Assembly: GCA_038321985.1 (NCBI GenBank)
Contig: JBBQFN010000003.1
Coordinates: forward strand, 224,001 to 288,000
Source: Cyanophyceae cyanobacterium
GTDB taxonomy: Bacteria; Cyanobacteriota; Cyanobacteriia; Cyanobacteriales; Laspinemataceae
Reading direction: 5' to 3'
Length of the DNA: 64,000 nucleotides
Both the position numbers and the translations under genes were made by a program. Shown one piece after another: positions 43,454-53,930 of the stretch (position 1 is its first letter; each line of letters begins with the position of its first letter). Under the pieces are notes generated by a model. That model had not been told where the DNA came from and did not search any database. It was given only the letters and a program-made list of their open reading frames with translations.

Positions 43454-46400
43454 ATGAACGTCAATCGCCAATTTAGTCAAACCCATGATTCAATCAAGCC
43501 GGTTGGGCTCATTCAGGATGGATACTTCCAAACGATAGTTCAACGAGCAGCAATTGGGTTAGCCCTTTGGGATTTGACCGGAAAATTCTTGCAAGCCAAC
43601 CCCTTTTTACAAACTATGCTGGGGTACGAGGGAGAAGAACTATTGCATCTTGAATATCACCAGATTACCCATCCTGAGGACTTCCAAGTAGAGGATTCTC
43701 TGTTGCAAGAGTGTATTGCCGGAAAAAGAGAGGGGTATGAGATAGAAAAAAGATTAATTTGTAAAACTGGAAAAGAAATTTGGGTCAAACAAACCCTGTC
43801 AATGATGATGGAATCATCAGAAAGTTCACAATTTGCGGTAGCAACAATTGAGAATATTTCCCAAATCAAGAAAATTGAGAAGGATTTAAAAGAAAGCGAA
43901 GAAAAATATAAAACGATTTTTGAAGTGTTTCCAGTTGGAATTTCTATCACAGACTGGGAGGGGAATATTATCGATTCAAATCCCGCTCTATTACCGGATT
44001 TAAAAACTTTAATTAACAATCACAAGGCAGGAGTGAAAACCGAGGGAGAAGGTGCTCTGATTTTTAGGGATGGAACTCGACTAGATTTTGGGGAAATTCT
44101 CCAATCACTGATTTTACAAGAAAATCAATTCATCCCAGCTTTAGACGTCGGAATTAGCAAAGGCGAGGGAGAATTAGACTGGTTCAATATTACAGCGGCC
44201 CGGATTCCCTTAGAAAACTATGGAGTTGCGATCGCCTATATCGATATTACCGAATGTAAAAAATCCGAGCTAGCCTTAAAAGAAAGTGAACAGCGGTTTC
44301 GGGAAGCGGTAGATAATTTCCCGGATACCTTTGTCATTTATGATGCAGACTGCCGCATTCAATTTATCAATGCCGAAGGAATTCGAGTCAGTGGCTATAC
44401 TCAAGGGGAAATTCTCAATCGTCGGGACGAAGAATTATTTCCCCCCGAGATAACGGATAACTATCTTCCCCTCTTGTATCGGGCTATTGAAACTAAAATT
44501 CCTCAAAAAGGAGAATTCACCCTTACTTTAAATAACGCCCAATTAAGCGCGGCGATCGCCTACATTCCGTTAGTTAATGAAAGGGGGAAAATTTATCAAA
44601 TTTTAGGAATTACCCATGATATAACTGAACGTCAGCATACCGAAGAATCTTTACGCAAAAGTGAAATTACTAATCGAGCCTTACTCAACGCGATTCCCGA
44701 TTTAATGTTTCGGGTGAAAAAAGATGGGACCTACCTTGATTTTAAACCTGCTAATTTTGACAATTTACTCAGTCCCAAAATTTTTCAAGGCTTAAAAATT
44801 GGGGATGTCATGCCACCCCAAATTGCTGAAACTTCAATGGAGTATATCCAGAAAACCCTGGATAGCGAAGAAATACAAGTGTTTGAATATCAGTTAGAGA
44901 TTGGTGGAGAATTGTCCATTTATGAAGCTCGATTGATTGCCAGTGGAGACGAGGAAGTATTGGCAATCGTGAGAGACATTACGGCGCGTAAAAATGCCGA
45001 TCGCGAGAAAAATAAATTAATTGAATCTCTCCAAAAGAGTGAAGCCAATCTCGCCCGAGCGCAAAGAGTCGCTCATGTGGGAAGCTGGGAATATGAGGTA
45101 GACTCTAAAAAAATTACGGTTTCTGAAGAATTTTTAAGAATTTTTGATTCCCCGTTAAATTTAGGAACTACCTATAATCAACTGGTGAAGCGATTGCACC
45201 GAAAAGATAGAAAAATTTGGCTCAAGCTGATTAGAGAGGCGCTCGACTGCGGCAGTGCTAATGAAGTGGAACTAAGAATTTGCCAAGGCGATCGCAGTCT
45301 CCGTTATATTGAAGCCAGAGCCGAGGCAGTATTTAGCGAAACGGGACAACCGATTAGACTGTTTGGAACCGCCCTGGATATCACTGAACAGAAAAAAGCT
45401 CAAGCCGCCCTCGCAGAATCCGAAGCCAAATATCGCTCGTTAATGGATGACGCCGGAGATGCAATATTACTAACCGATATGGAGGGTAATTTTTTAGAAG
45501 CCAACAAAAAATCTGAGGAATTATTAGGTTATTCTAAAGAAGAATTAGTTACCCTAAACGCCAGCCAAATTGTACCTCCCGAAGAAGGGGAAAGAGTTAG
45601 GGCAGCCTTCGCATTAACCGCAAAAACCGGGAGTGGATGGTTACCGAATACCCAAGTCCGCCAAAAGGATGGGGAAACCCTATGGGCGGATATTAGTTGC
45701 AGTGTTGTGCAATGGGGAGAGGGCCTTAAAGTTCAACAAGCGATCGTTCGTGATATAACTTATCGAGTCCATATTGAAGCCTCCTTAAGGCAACAAGCCG
45801 AACGAGAGAGGCTGATTTCCTCTATGCAAGAGCGCATCCGTCAATCCCTGGATTTGAAAGAGATTTTAGAAACTACTGTCGTTCAGGTGAGGGAATTTTT
45901 ACAGTGCGATCGCGTGGCAATTTGTCGCTTTGGGTTAGACTGTAGCGGAGTGATAGTATCAGAATCAGTTAATCCCAAATATCGCTCCATTTTGGGATTG
46001 ACCCTGGTAAACCCTTTATTAGAAGAAAATGATTTACCGGCGGAACAGTTGGGCGGCATTTATCAAGTTGAGGATATTACTCAAACCTGGGTTAACAAGT
46101 CTCAGGTGAACTTCTTAACTCAGCTTGAAGTGAAGGCGATGTTAATGGTGCCGATCATCCAAAGTAGTGGGTTATGGGGATTACTAATCGCCCACAATTG
46201 TGCTACACCTCGACGATGGCAACAGTCCCAAATTAAGTTTCTTACCCAACTGGCAACTCAAGTAGGAATTGCCACTCAACAATCTCAACTTTATGAACAG
46301 CTTAAAGAAGCTAATCAACAGTTGCAGCAATTGGCAACTCGGGATGGATTGACCCTGTTGTCAAATCGGCGTCACTTTAATGAATATTTAGAACAAGAAT

Positions 46401-46843
46401 GGCGGCAGATGGAGCGCGATCGCACTCCTCTATCCTTGATTCTGTGCGATATCGACTTTTTTAAACCCTATAATGACACCTACGGCCATCAAGCTGGGGA
46501 TGAATGTCTCAAACGAGTTGCTCTCGCCATTCGTGCCGCCAGTAAGCGGCCCTTAGATTTTGTGGCGCGGTATGGCGGAGAAGAATTTGCCGTAATTTTA
46601 CCGGATACCGATCGCAGTGGGGCAATCCGCGTGGGGGAAAGCATTCGGGAGGCGATGAAAGCATTACAAGTTCCTCATAGCGCATCTCCCACCTGTGAAT
46701 GCATCACCTTGAGTGTGGGAATGGCGACGGTTATACCCGGTGTCGAGTCGTCCTTAGAAACCCTAATTCAGGAAGCGGATCTCGCCCTATATCGGGCCAA
46801 GGATAAGGGCCGCGATCGCTCCGTTCATTATGCTCAGATGTAG
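43454..46843 (+). CDS. Multi-PAS, GAF, GGDEF diguanylate cyclase
   Basis: About six PAS/PAC units ending in DIT-type motifs, GAF, DGLT..NRR, DIDFFK.YND.YGH, RPLD I-site, GGEEF. Confidence 0.93.
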   Translation: MNVNRQFSQTHDSIKPVGLIQDGYFQTIVQRAAIGLALWDLTGKFLQANPFLQTMLGYEGEELLHLEYHQITHPEDFQVEDSLLQECIAGKREGYEIEKRLICKTGKEIWVKQTLSMMMESSESSQFAVATIENISQIKKIEKDLKESEEKYKTIFEVFPVGISITDWEGNIIDSNPALLPDLKTLINNHKAGVKTEGEGALIFRDGTRLDFGEILQSLILQENQFIPALDVGISKGEGELDWFNITAARIPLENYGVAIAYIDITECKKSELALKESEQRFREAVDNFPDTFVIYDADCRIQFINAEGIRVSGYTQGEILNRRDEELFPPEITDNYLPLLYRAIETKIPQKGEFTLTLNNAQLSAAIAYIPLVNERGKIYQILGITHDITERQHTEESLRKSEITNRALLNAIPDLMFRVKKDGTYLDFKPANFDNLLSPKIFQGLKIGDVMPPQIAETSMEYIQKTLDSEEIQVFEYQLEIGGELSIYEARLIASGDEEVLAIVRDITARKNADREKNKLIESLQKSEANLARAQRVAHVGSWEYEVDSKKITVSEEFLRIFDSPLNLGTTYNQLVKRLHRKDRKIWLKLIREALDCGSANEVELRICQGDRSLRYIEARAEAVFSETGQPIRLFGTALDITEQKKAQAALAESEAKYRSLMDDAGDAILLTDMEGNFLEANKKSEELLGYSKEELVTLNASQIVPPEEGERVRAAFALTAKTGSGWLPNTQVRQKDGETLWADISCSVVQWGEGLKVQQAIVRDITYRVHIEASLRQQAERERLISSMQERIRQSLDLKEILETTVVQVREFLQCDRVAICRFGLDCSGVIVSESVNPKYRSILGLTLVNPLLEENDLPAEQLGGIYQVEDITQTWVNKSQVNFLTQLEVKAMLMVPIIQSSGLWGLLIAHNCATPRRWQQSQIKFLTQLATQVGIATQQSQLYEQLKEANQQLQQLATRDGLTLLSNRRHFNEYLEQEWRQMERDRTPLSLILCDIDFFKPYNDTYGHQAGDECLKRVALAIRAASKRPLDFVARYGGEEFAVILPDTDRSGAIRVGESIREAMKALQVPHSASPTCECITLSVGMATVIPGVESSLETLIQEADLALYRAKDKGRDRSVHYAQM

Positions 46844-47296
46844 GGGTCCAACCTATGGAGGCGATCGGATCACCCACTTTCGAGAGCTACTCCTGCTAAA
46901 ATAAATGGCGATTCGACCCATCCCCCTTGGAGTAAACTATGGAAGGCCATTTTTTAAAGTTCCTATTTTGGCCGGACCCCTTCAATTGCGGGGGATGGCG
47001 CTCAAAGTAGGAGAAAAAAGTAGCCTAATGGAATTGGGGGTCACGATAAGGGATTAGCAATCCCGAGAAAGAATCTCAATTCCCCTAAAGCGGCGATCGC
47101 GCTGTTCCCTTGAACTTAATGTTCATCACTTAAGGAGTCTGAGGGAACGGACAAAACAAGCGCAAAATCCAGGAAAAATGCGATCGTCAAGCTAGGAAAA
47201 TCTCCCTAAACAGGGGATTACAAATGAGTTTCTCATTCCACTCAACCAGCAAGATCAACCTGCACGGCATAATCTGTTCTTGAAAACCCGATCGCA

Positions 47297-47701
47297 ATGA
47301 CTAAAACCATAATTCGTACAGAGCAAGCACCGGCACCCGTTGGGCCTTACAATCAGGCGATTGTCGCCACGGGTAAGTTAGTGTTTGTTGCAGGTCAAAT
47401 TTGCCTGGACCCAAGCACCGCGACCCTAGTCGGGGAGGGTGATGTGGTCAAGCAGACTACCCAAGTGATGGCGAATTTAAACGCCATCCTAAGCGCTGCC
47501 GGTGCCACCTTTCAGGATGTAGTGAAAACAACTGTTTTTTTGGCAGATATGAATGATTTTGCCGCGATGAATGCAGTTTATGCTCAATATTTCGATGAAG
47601 CTACGGCTCCAGCACGGGCAACGGTGCAAGTGTCGCGTTTACCCAAAGATGTAAAAGTCGAGATTGACTGTATCGCGGTGATTGAAGGAACTCCCACATA
47701 G
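47297..47701 (+). CDS. ridA: RidA/YjgF enamine deaminase
   Basis: [34 protein letters not shown]. Confidence 0.92.
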   Translation: MTKTIIRTEQAPAPVGPYNQAIVATGKLVFVAGQICLDPSTATLVGEGDVVKQTTQVMANLNAILSAAGATFQDVVKTTVFLADMNDFAAMNAVYAQYFDEATAPARATVQVSRLPKDVKVEIDCIAVIEGTPT

Positions 47702-47788
47702 TCTTAAGATTTAAAAACAGCAAAATCCTGATATCTTAGGGGTTTGGTGGCAAGATAAGGATGAATTTAGGAGAGGTTATAAAATTTA

Positions 47789-48925
47789 ATGACGATCCAA
47801 CAGCCTACAAATACGGCAGTTACTAGCAAAGCGTCTAGTAATTCCTTTAGAAGTTCCATTCTCAGCGTTGATTTGGGCCGGACAGCGACCAAAGCCTGTG
47901 TCAGCCGTGATCCGAACCAAGTTGTTTTTATTCCGTCTAACGTGGCCCAGGTCCCAGTGGAAAAGGTGCGGGGTGGAGAATTTGAATCCCGTCCTACGGA
48001 TCCTTTATTGGATATGTGGCTAGAGTATCAAGGACGCGGTTATGCGATCGGTCAACTCGCGGCTGACTTTGGCGCGAATCTGGGAGTCGGAGAAAGCAAG
48101 GTTGAAAATGCACTGGTCAAAGTTTTGGCAAGCGCTACTTACTTTGGACTTAAAGACGATTTGGTAGTTATTCTGGGTCTGCCCTATCATTCTCAAGAAG
48201 AGTTTGAGCGGGAAAAAGAAGAAATTACCAATTTGCTGACGTCGCCCCATGTGATGAACTATCGCGGTGAGCAAGTGACGCTCAATATCACCAAGGTATG
48301 GGTGATGCCCGAAGGATATGGCAGCTTGATCTGGTGTGAAGCCCAAGAGAAGGTGGATAAAAAAGGCGTGTCCCCGGATTTTGCCAAGACATCCGTGGCG
48401 ATCGTCGATATCGGACATCAAACCGCTGACTTTTTAATGGTAGATAATTTCCGGTTCGCACGTGGAGCATCTAAGAGCGAACCCTTTGCCATGAGCGAGT
48501 TTTACAAGCGCGTGGGCATCGAAGTTGAAAAGGCATACAGCCAAGCGCCCATTAGCGTCGATACTCAATCCTTGTCCTTAATTGATGCGGTGAATAAACC
48601 AAGGGGTCAACGGTTCTTCCGTCCTCGTGGGGCATCCAAACCGACGAATCTTGATGATTTTCTGCCCAACCTGCGGGAATTATTTGCCCGGGAACTGTCG
48701 GATATCCTAATTAAGTGGTTACCGGAACGGGTCACTGACGTGATTTTGACCGGCGGTGGTGGAGAGTTCTTCTCCGATGCCCTCAAACCGTTGGTGGAAC
48801 AAGCCGGTTTAAAAGTTCATCTGGCGCAACCTTCCCGTCAGGCAAATGCTGTGGGACAATATTTGTATGGAGAGGCTCAACTAGCTTCCTCTTCTTATAC
48901 TCGTTCCTCTAGGGCTGGAAGTTAA
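47789..48925 (+). CDS. ParM/StbA-family actin-like ATPase (chromosomal)
   Basis: Actin motifs SVDLGRTATK, MPEGYG, IVDIGHQT, LTGGGG; AGGAGAGG RBS. Confidence 0.88.
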   Translation: MTIQQPTNTAVTSKASSNSFRSSILSVDLGRTATKACVSRDPNQVVFIPSNVAQVPVEKVRGGEFESRPTDPLLDMWLEYQGRGYAIGQLAADFGANLGVGESKVENALVKVLASATYFGLKDDLVVILGLPYHSQEEFEREKEEITNLLTSPHVMNYRGEQVTLNITKVWVMPEGYGSLIWCEAQEKVDKKGVSPDFAKTSVAIVDIGHQTADFLMVDNFRFARGASKSEPFAMSEFYKRVGIEVEKAYSQAPISVDTQSLSLIDAVNKPRGQRFFRPRGASKPTNLDDFLPNLRELFARELSDILIKWLPERVTDVILTGGGGEFFSDALKPLVEQAGLKVHLAQPSRQANAVGQYLYGEAQLASSSYTRSSRAGS

Positions 48926-48928
48926 TTA

Positions 48929-49417
48929 ATGGTTTTTTGGTTAAGCAAGACAAAGAAACAGGTCGGATTTACCGATGAGGTAGCCGATCGAACCTTGTTA
49001 GCGGTTGTGGAAAAAGAGTTACAAAATCAACCGCACAAGAGTTTCGGCGACTTGTGTAAGGAAGCCCTATGGCATTATTTGTATGTACCTGAATCGGTCA
49101 AACCGACTAGGAAATTAGCAGATGCCTCGGACACCATTGCGGAGTTACAAGGCCAATTGAGGTGCCTAGAGGAACGGGTGGCGGCAAGGGAAGCGAATCG
49201 ATTGGATGTACTGGAAAAGCAGTTGCAACAATTGAGCTTGCAGGTGGGACAGTTAGCGATCGCCCTCAATCAACGGGGTACCTATCAACCGCCTCAACAA
49301 GCCTATCTGGAACCTATACCGGAACCTATACCGGAACCGGAACCCGAACCCGTAGCCCCAGCCAAACCTGTAGATCCTTTACTCCAACGGCTCAGTTCCT
49401 TCATCGATGATTTCTAA
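48929..49417 (+). CDS. ParR-like partner protein
   Basis: Starts 3 nt after the ParM-like gene; FGDLCKEALWHYL helix, coiled coil, PE linker, terminal helix DPLLQRLSSFIDDF. Confidence 0.75.
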   Translation: MVFWLSKTKKQVGFTDEVADRTLLAVVEKELQNQPHKSFGDLCKEALWHYLYVPESVKPTRKLADASDTIAELQGQLRCLEERVAAREANRLDVLEKQLQQLSLQVGQLAIALNQRGTYQPPQQAYLEPIPEPIPEPEPEPVAPAKPVDPLLQRLSSFIDDF

Positions 49418-49463
49418 GTCGGTGGCGATCGGGTAGAAAAAGTCAGGATAAAATCTGCAAGCA

Positions 49464-49508
49464 TCAGGAGTCAGAAGTTTTATAAACCTTTGACTCCTGA
49501 CTCTTTTT
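49464..49508 (+). terminator. Hairpin downstream of the parMR-like pair
   Basis: TCAGGAGTCA/TGACTCCTGA stem followed by CTCTTTTT. Confidence 0.6.
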
Positions 49509-49557
49509 GGGAATATCTTGTCAAGAATTGGACGAGTTAGACCCGCATCAACAGGAA

Positions 49558-52500
49558 CTATTCCAAAGGCCATTCTGGAATCACATCATCAATTTCTGAC
49601 ATAATCTGCATCGTTTCCTTCAGTGCCACCACCACCCGCTGATAGTGCAAAATATCATCAAATGATAAAGTTCGCTGGGCCTTCTTACGGTCTTTGAGCC
49701 ATTTATCTAATACTTGATATCCCCCCACTTTAAATTCCCAAACTTCTGGAGAAATTCCTTCAAAATATTGCTGCGTATTAATATAAATTCGCTCTTGAAG
49801 CGGTTGATACCGAACCTCTATCACTTGAGGATCCCCATCCCCATGATACTGGGGAATCAACGCATTAAGTTTTTTCGACTGCATCAGATGTAGCTGGACT
49901 AATGCTTCCCCTTTTTCCCCTAAAGATAGAAACAGCTTATCATTCCCTGTCAAAGGCAAGCGGGGAAAATCTATTTTTAAGAATTCACTATAACGTTGGC
50001 GATAGGTGGGGCTGTGAAAAATCGCATAGGTATAATAAAAAATTGCTTCAGGTGTAGGGATATAGCCCAATTTTTGACGGATAGCCGTTATAAAATCCGA
50101 GGACAAATTTGCAGTGCGTTCGGTGAATAAACTCCCCTGTTCGTTCCCTGTATCCGGATAAAGGTAAAGGGGAAAAACATAACAATTATCAATGATTGAA
50201 ACCGCATCTTTATTAACGATTTTATTAGAAACAAAAAAATGATTGTTCTCTGATTCCCTAATTCGTCTCATGGTTAACAGGGCTAAATTTTCAAAGCCTT
50301 GTAAATGATCCATGATTTCTTTTGGGGTAAAATCTACCAATTCTTCTTTATGATAATAGGCCCTTAAATCAAAAGGCCGATACAAACATTCCGTGAAATA
50401 GGTTTCCCAATTGGTATCACGGGCTAACGAACGTCTATTCGGATTGATTTTCCAATCTCGATTATCTTGAATGTGGTATGTTTCTGCAATTTCTTGATCA
50501 CTAATCTTTAAATTTCTAAATTGTTCTATCCCATGCTGAAGTGCAGACCTCTCAAAGTCTAAAACAAAATTGTCTCGATGGGTCTTCACCCCAGTTGAGT
50601 TAACGGGCATGATATCAGGGATTTTCCACCCTTTGTTGTATTCCAAGAGTAAATCTTGATCTTGGGGATAAAATAAATAAAATGGTGAGTTGGGTTCTAC
50701 CGTTGTCCATTCCGTGGTCTCAATATCTAACCGATTTAGCGCATAATACTTCTGCGATCGGTCACCCCACAAATCAGCATGATAAACTTTTGCGGGTGTT
50801 TCTTTACCCGGTTCTTTGATAAAAATCCCGATACAGACCCCTGTCTGGATATCAAACACATTTTTATCCCGTGATCCATCTGGGCAAACTTCCTTTTTCT
50901 TGGAATTTCCATGTAAATCCAGGATATAAATTTCGGTAAATGTCTGCATCAAATGTTGCCGCATCCCGCAAAATGTGGGATTATCCAGATATCCGTGATT
51001 GGTAATAAAAGCTAAGACCCCATAGCCTGTTTCATTAACTCTCCACTGTCCAAATCGAATAAATTTGACGTAATCATCTTGTAAATATTTGGGGTTTCGT
51101 TCTCCTAGAGGGACACCATCCACTTGGTAATAATCTCGGACTAAACTCTCGATCCACTCTCCTTTATTTGCTGAAGTTCCCGAATAAGGCGGATTGCCCA
51201 AAACCACCATTACGGGTACATCCCGCTTGATTACAGACGCCTCGTTTGCCTCTTGGGCGACAAATTGACCAAATAACATATCGGATTTTTTGAGCGCCTC
51301 ATCCAAGGTATTAGTCAGATAAATCCCCAAGCGTTGTTTATGTTTAAACTGATACCCGAGTTCTTGCAGTTGCCAGCCTAGTTTTAAGTGGGCGATCGCA
51401 TAAGGGGCCATTAATAACTCAAAGCCATATAAGCGAGGTAGTAAATTGTTTTTAACATAGTCGTTCCAACTCTTTCCCAGCCCAATTTCCTCTATATTTT
51501 GATAAATTTGGTTAACCACCCCATAGAGAAATGTCCCAGTTCCGGTGGCGGGATCAAGAATCTGAACTCGGGGTTGTTGCGTCTTTAAGTCTTTCGCATT
51601 ATCAGCTAAACCTAGGGGTAAATTAAACTTATTTTTTAATACTTTATTTACCGAACGAACCATATAAGAAACTACAGGTTCCGGAGTATAGTAGACGCCT
51701 CGGCTTTTGCGGAGTGAAGAATCGTAGGCAGCCAAAAAGGTTTCATAAAAATGAACCACTGGATCTTCTGGGCGGGTTCGACTGCCAAAGTCTTCTAAAA
51801 TATTACCCATATCTACGCGAACCAACAGTTCTACTAAGTCGTCAACTGCCCAATAAATGGCTTGCAAAGCATCGGTTTCAAATAAAGTATGAAACAATTG
51901 CTTTAAAAAGGGGTTTGTTTCCGGGATATATCCTTCAACAAAGCGACGCTCAAAGGGATAATTTCCCAAAGCCTGACTATGACTGACTCGGGCTGCAAAT
52001 AATCCATAAGAAATAGTTTGAGCATACATATCTGCAAAAGCTGCATCATCTAAATCTGGCAATAATACTTCATTAAATCCTCACTTCAGTTGATGTAACT
52101 CTTCTTCAACATTTTCTCTTTTTAACGCTTCTTCAATTGCATATTTTATCGCTTTTGTCAATCGAGCCATTTGCCTCGCCAGGTCTTCGGGGCTACTGAT
52201 AATTATTCCTTCGTAGTTCAGGAATCCTTCGATTAACTGATTAACAGTCTTTGAATGTAATTTGTATTTAATTGTTTGAGTTTTTTCACATAACTGCCTA
52301 GAGTTGTAAACAACCTTTTTTCCCCGTTCACATACCAGCGAAATTCAAGATAGTTCGTCAAAATTAGATTAGGAAAAAATTCGAGATAACGCTGTAATTA
52401 CTCAGTCTGTTCAGCCAGATCAAGATTCGCTCCTATTTTTTTCACTTCGATATAACCAACTAGGAGTTTACGCCGTCTTACTGTAAAGTCTGGAACCCCA

Positions 52501-52646
52501 GCTTTATTTTTTGTCTCTTCAATTGGTGCTTCTATCCCTTCCTCCGAATTCTCAAGCAAATATTGGAGGGCGGGATAGTGAGTCCGTTCACTCCCTCGTT
52601 CTAAATTTTTTCGCAGCAATTTGATATAATTGTCGAAGTTCATAAC
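49558..52646 (-). pseudogene. Fused restriction-modification enzyme (type IIG/ISP-like N6-adenine MTase), disrupted in the N-terminal nuclease region; MTase-TRD part 49558-52062 still open
   Basis: PDF...YIEVK nuclease motif; stop 52398-52400, frameshift about 52250-52290, stop 52081-52083; then GVYYTP, LDPATGTGTF, NPPY. Confidence 0.85.
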
Positions 52647-52929
52647 CATGAGTATTTTTCCAGAAGTGGTCAATGAATACGGCTTTTATGGTATCATAAA
52701 TCAAAGCCTAAGTTTCATGAAAAAATATTAAATTTTAGATGAGAGGAGATGGGCATTAATTACCCATACCCCCTGATTTAATTCCCTAGGCAACACAACC
52801 GAATAGCTCATCGGGAAGGTTTTCTTTAAAATGCCCGGATAGGACCGATAAAGCCCTTTTTAGTCAGGCGATCGCGAAGCATCTCCGGAGGAGAATCGCC
52901 ATTGTTTCTTAAAATTAAGGGATAATTTA

Positions 52930-53083
52930 TTTTTGAGAATTTCCTAATTGTTTCAACAATATCATTAAAAACCTGAATAATGTTGTGGGGTGGTCTCAAA
53001 AGCTGAGATGCCAGAATTCCAGTCGCACTCATATTCGCTTGAGCGCTCCCCTAAACTGCACCTTTAACCACTGCAATATATCC
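52930..53083 (-). pseudogene. Relic of type I RM specificity subunit (hsdS)
   Basis: Reads V*GSAQANMSATGILASQLLRPPHNIIQVFNDIVETI, like the HsdS GSAQxN...PP...F..IV segment. Confidence 0.55.
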
Positions 53084-53425
53084 TCACTCTTGCCCCAATT
53101 CCTGCAACATTCTTTCTACCGTCACCTTCAACGGAGGCAAATTATTTTGGACAATGGCCCACACTAAATTAAGCGAGATGCGGAAATACTCATGCACCAC
53201 AATATTTCTAAAGGCGATAATCTGGGGCCACGGTACCTCAGAATATTGGCTCCTCAATTCACTAGATAGGCTATTTGCTGCTTCTCCAATAATTTGCAGA
53301 TGATGAACCACCCAAACTTGAATGAGTTCTTGTTCATCAAATGCTTGCCGTCCTTGATTCGCATATCGTTCAATTGCTGATATTGCCTCCCAAATATCTT
53401 GTAGCCGTTCAGTTTCTCGTCTCAT
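53084..53425 (-). CDS. HepT-like (DUF86) HEPN ribonuclease toxin
   Basis: LQIIGEAA, VPW, RNIVVHEY (Rx4HxY); ATGA overlap with antitoxin. Confidence 0.92.
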   Translation of the reverse strand: MRRETERLQDIWEAISAIERYANQGRQAFDEQELIQVWVVHHLQIIGEAANSLSSELRSQYSEVPWPQIIAFRNIVVHEYFRISLNLVWAIVQNNLPPLKVTVERMLQELGQE

Positions 53426-53733
53426 AGCCTGACAGCCTCAAGCAAAATGCGATCGCGAATCCGCTCTTTCAACATATCCACCGTCACAATATCCACCTTG
53501 CGATTTAATAGCTGTTCCAAATCCAGCAATAGCCCTCCTGGAAACCAAGGGGTGATTTTTTCTAAATCATAGTCCACTAAAAAATCAATATCGCTATCTT
53601 CCCTCGCTTCACCTCGCGCTACTGAACCAAATACCCGCACATTATAGGCACCATGCTTTTCAGCTAGGGCGATAATTTGCGATCGCCGCTGATTCAACAA
53701 GTCTTGAATGCTTAATCCTATTTGATTTTTCAT
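53422..53733 (-). CDS. Minimal nucleotidyltransferase (MNT) antitoxin
   Basis: VFGSVARGEAREDSDIDFLV (GSx10DxD), RKVDIV. Confidence 0.92.
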   Translation of the reverse strand: MKNQIGLSIQDLLNQRRSQIIALAEKHGAYNVRVFGSVARGEAREDSDIDFLVDYDLEKITPWFPGGLLLDLEQLLNRKVDIVTVDMLKERIRDRILLEAVRL

Positions 53734-53930
53734 CCATCCCCAATATTTGTCAGTTTTCCCCAATGGCTGCTGCTAGTTTGTCACTTTCTCAAACCTGTGC
53801 ATCCAACTGCTTTATCAAATTTTTACACAAACCCGATCGCTAAACCCGAGGACGATGCTCAATGCTCTTGTGCACCACGGTTCTCCCCTACAATAGAAAA
53901 CCGATCGCATCGTCTGTAACTATTGACTCC

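Noticed and set aside
47702..47788. parC centromere upstream of the ParM-like gene
   Set aside because: No iterated direct repeats visible
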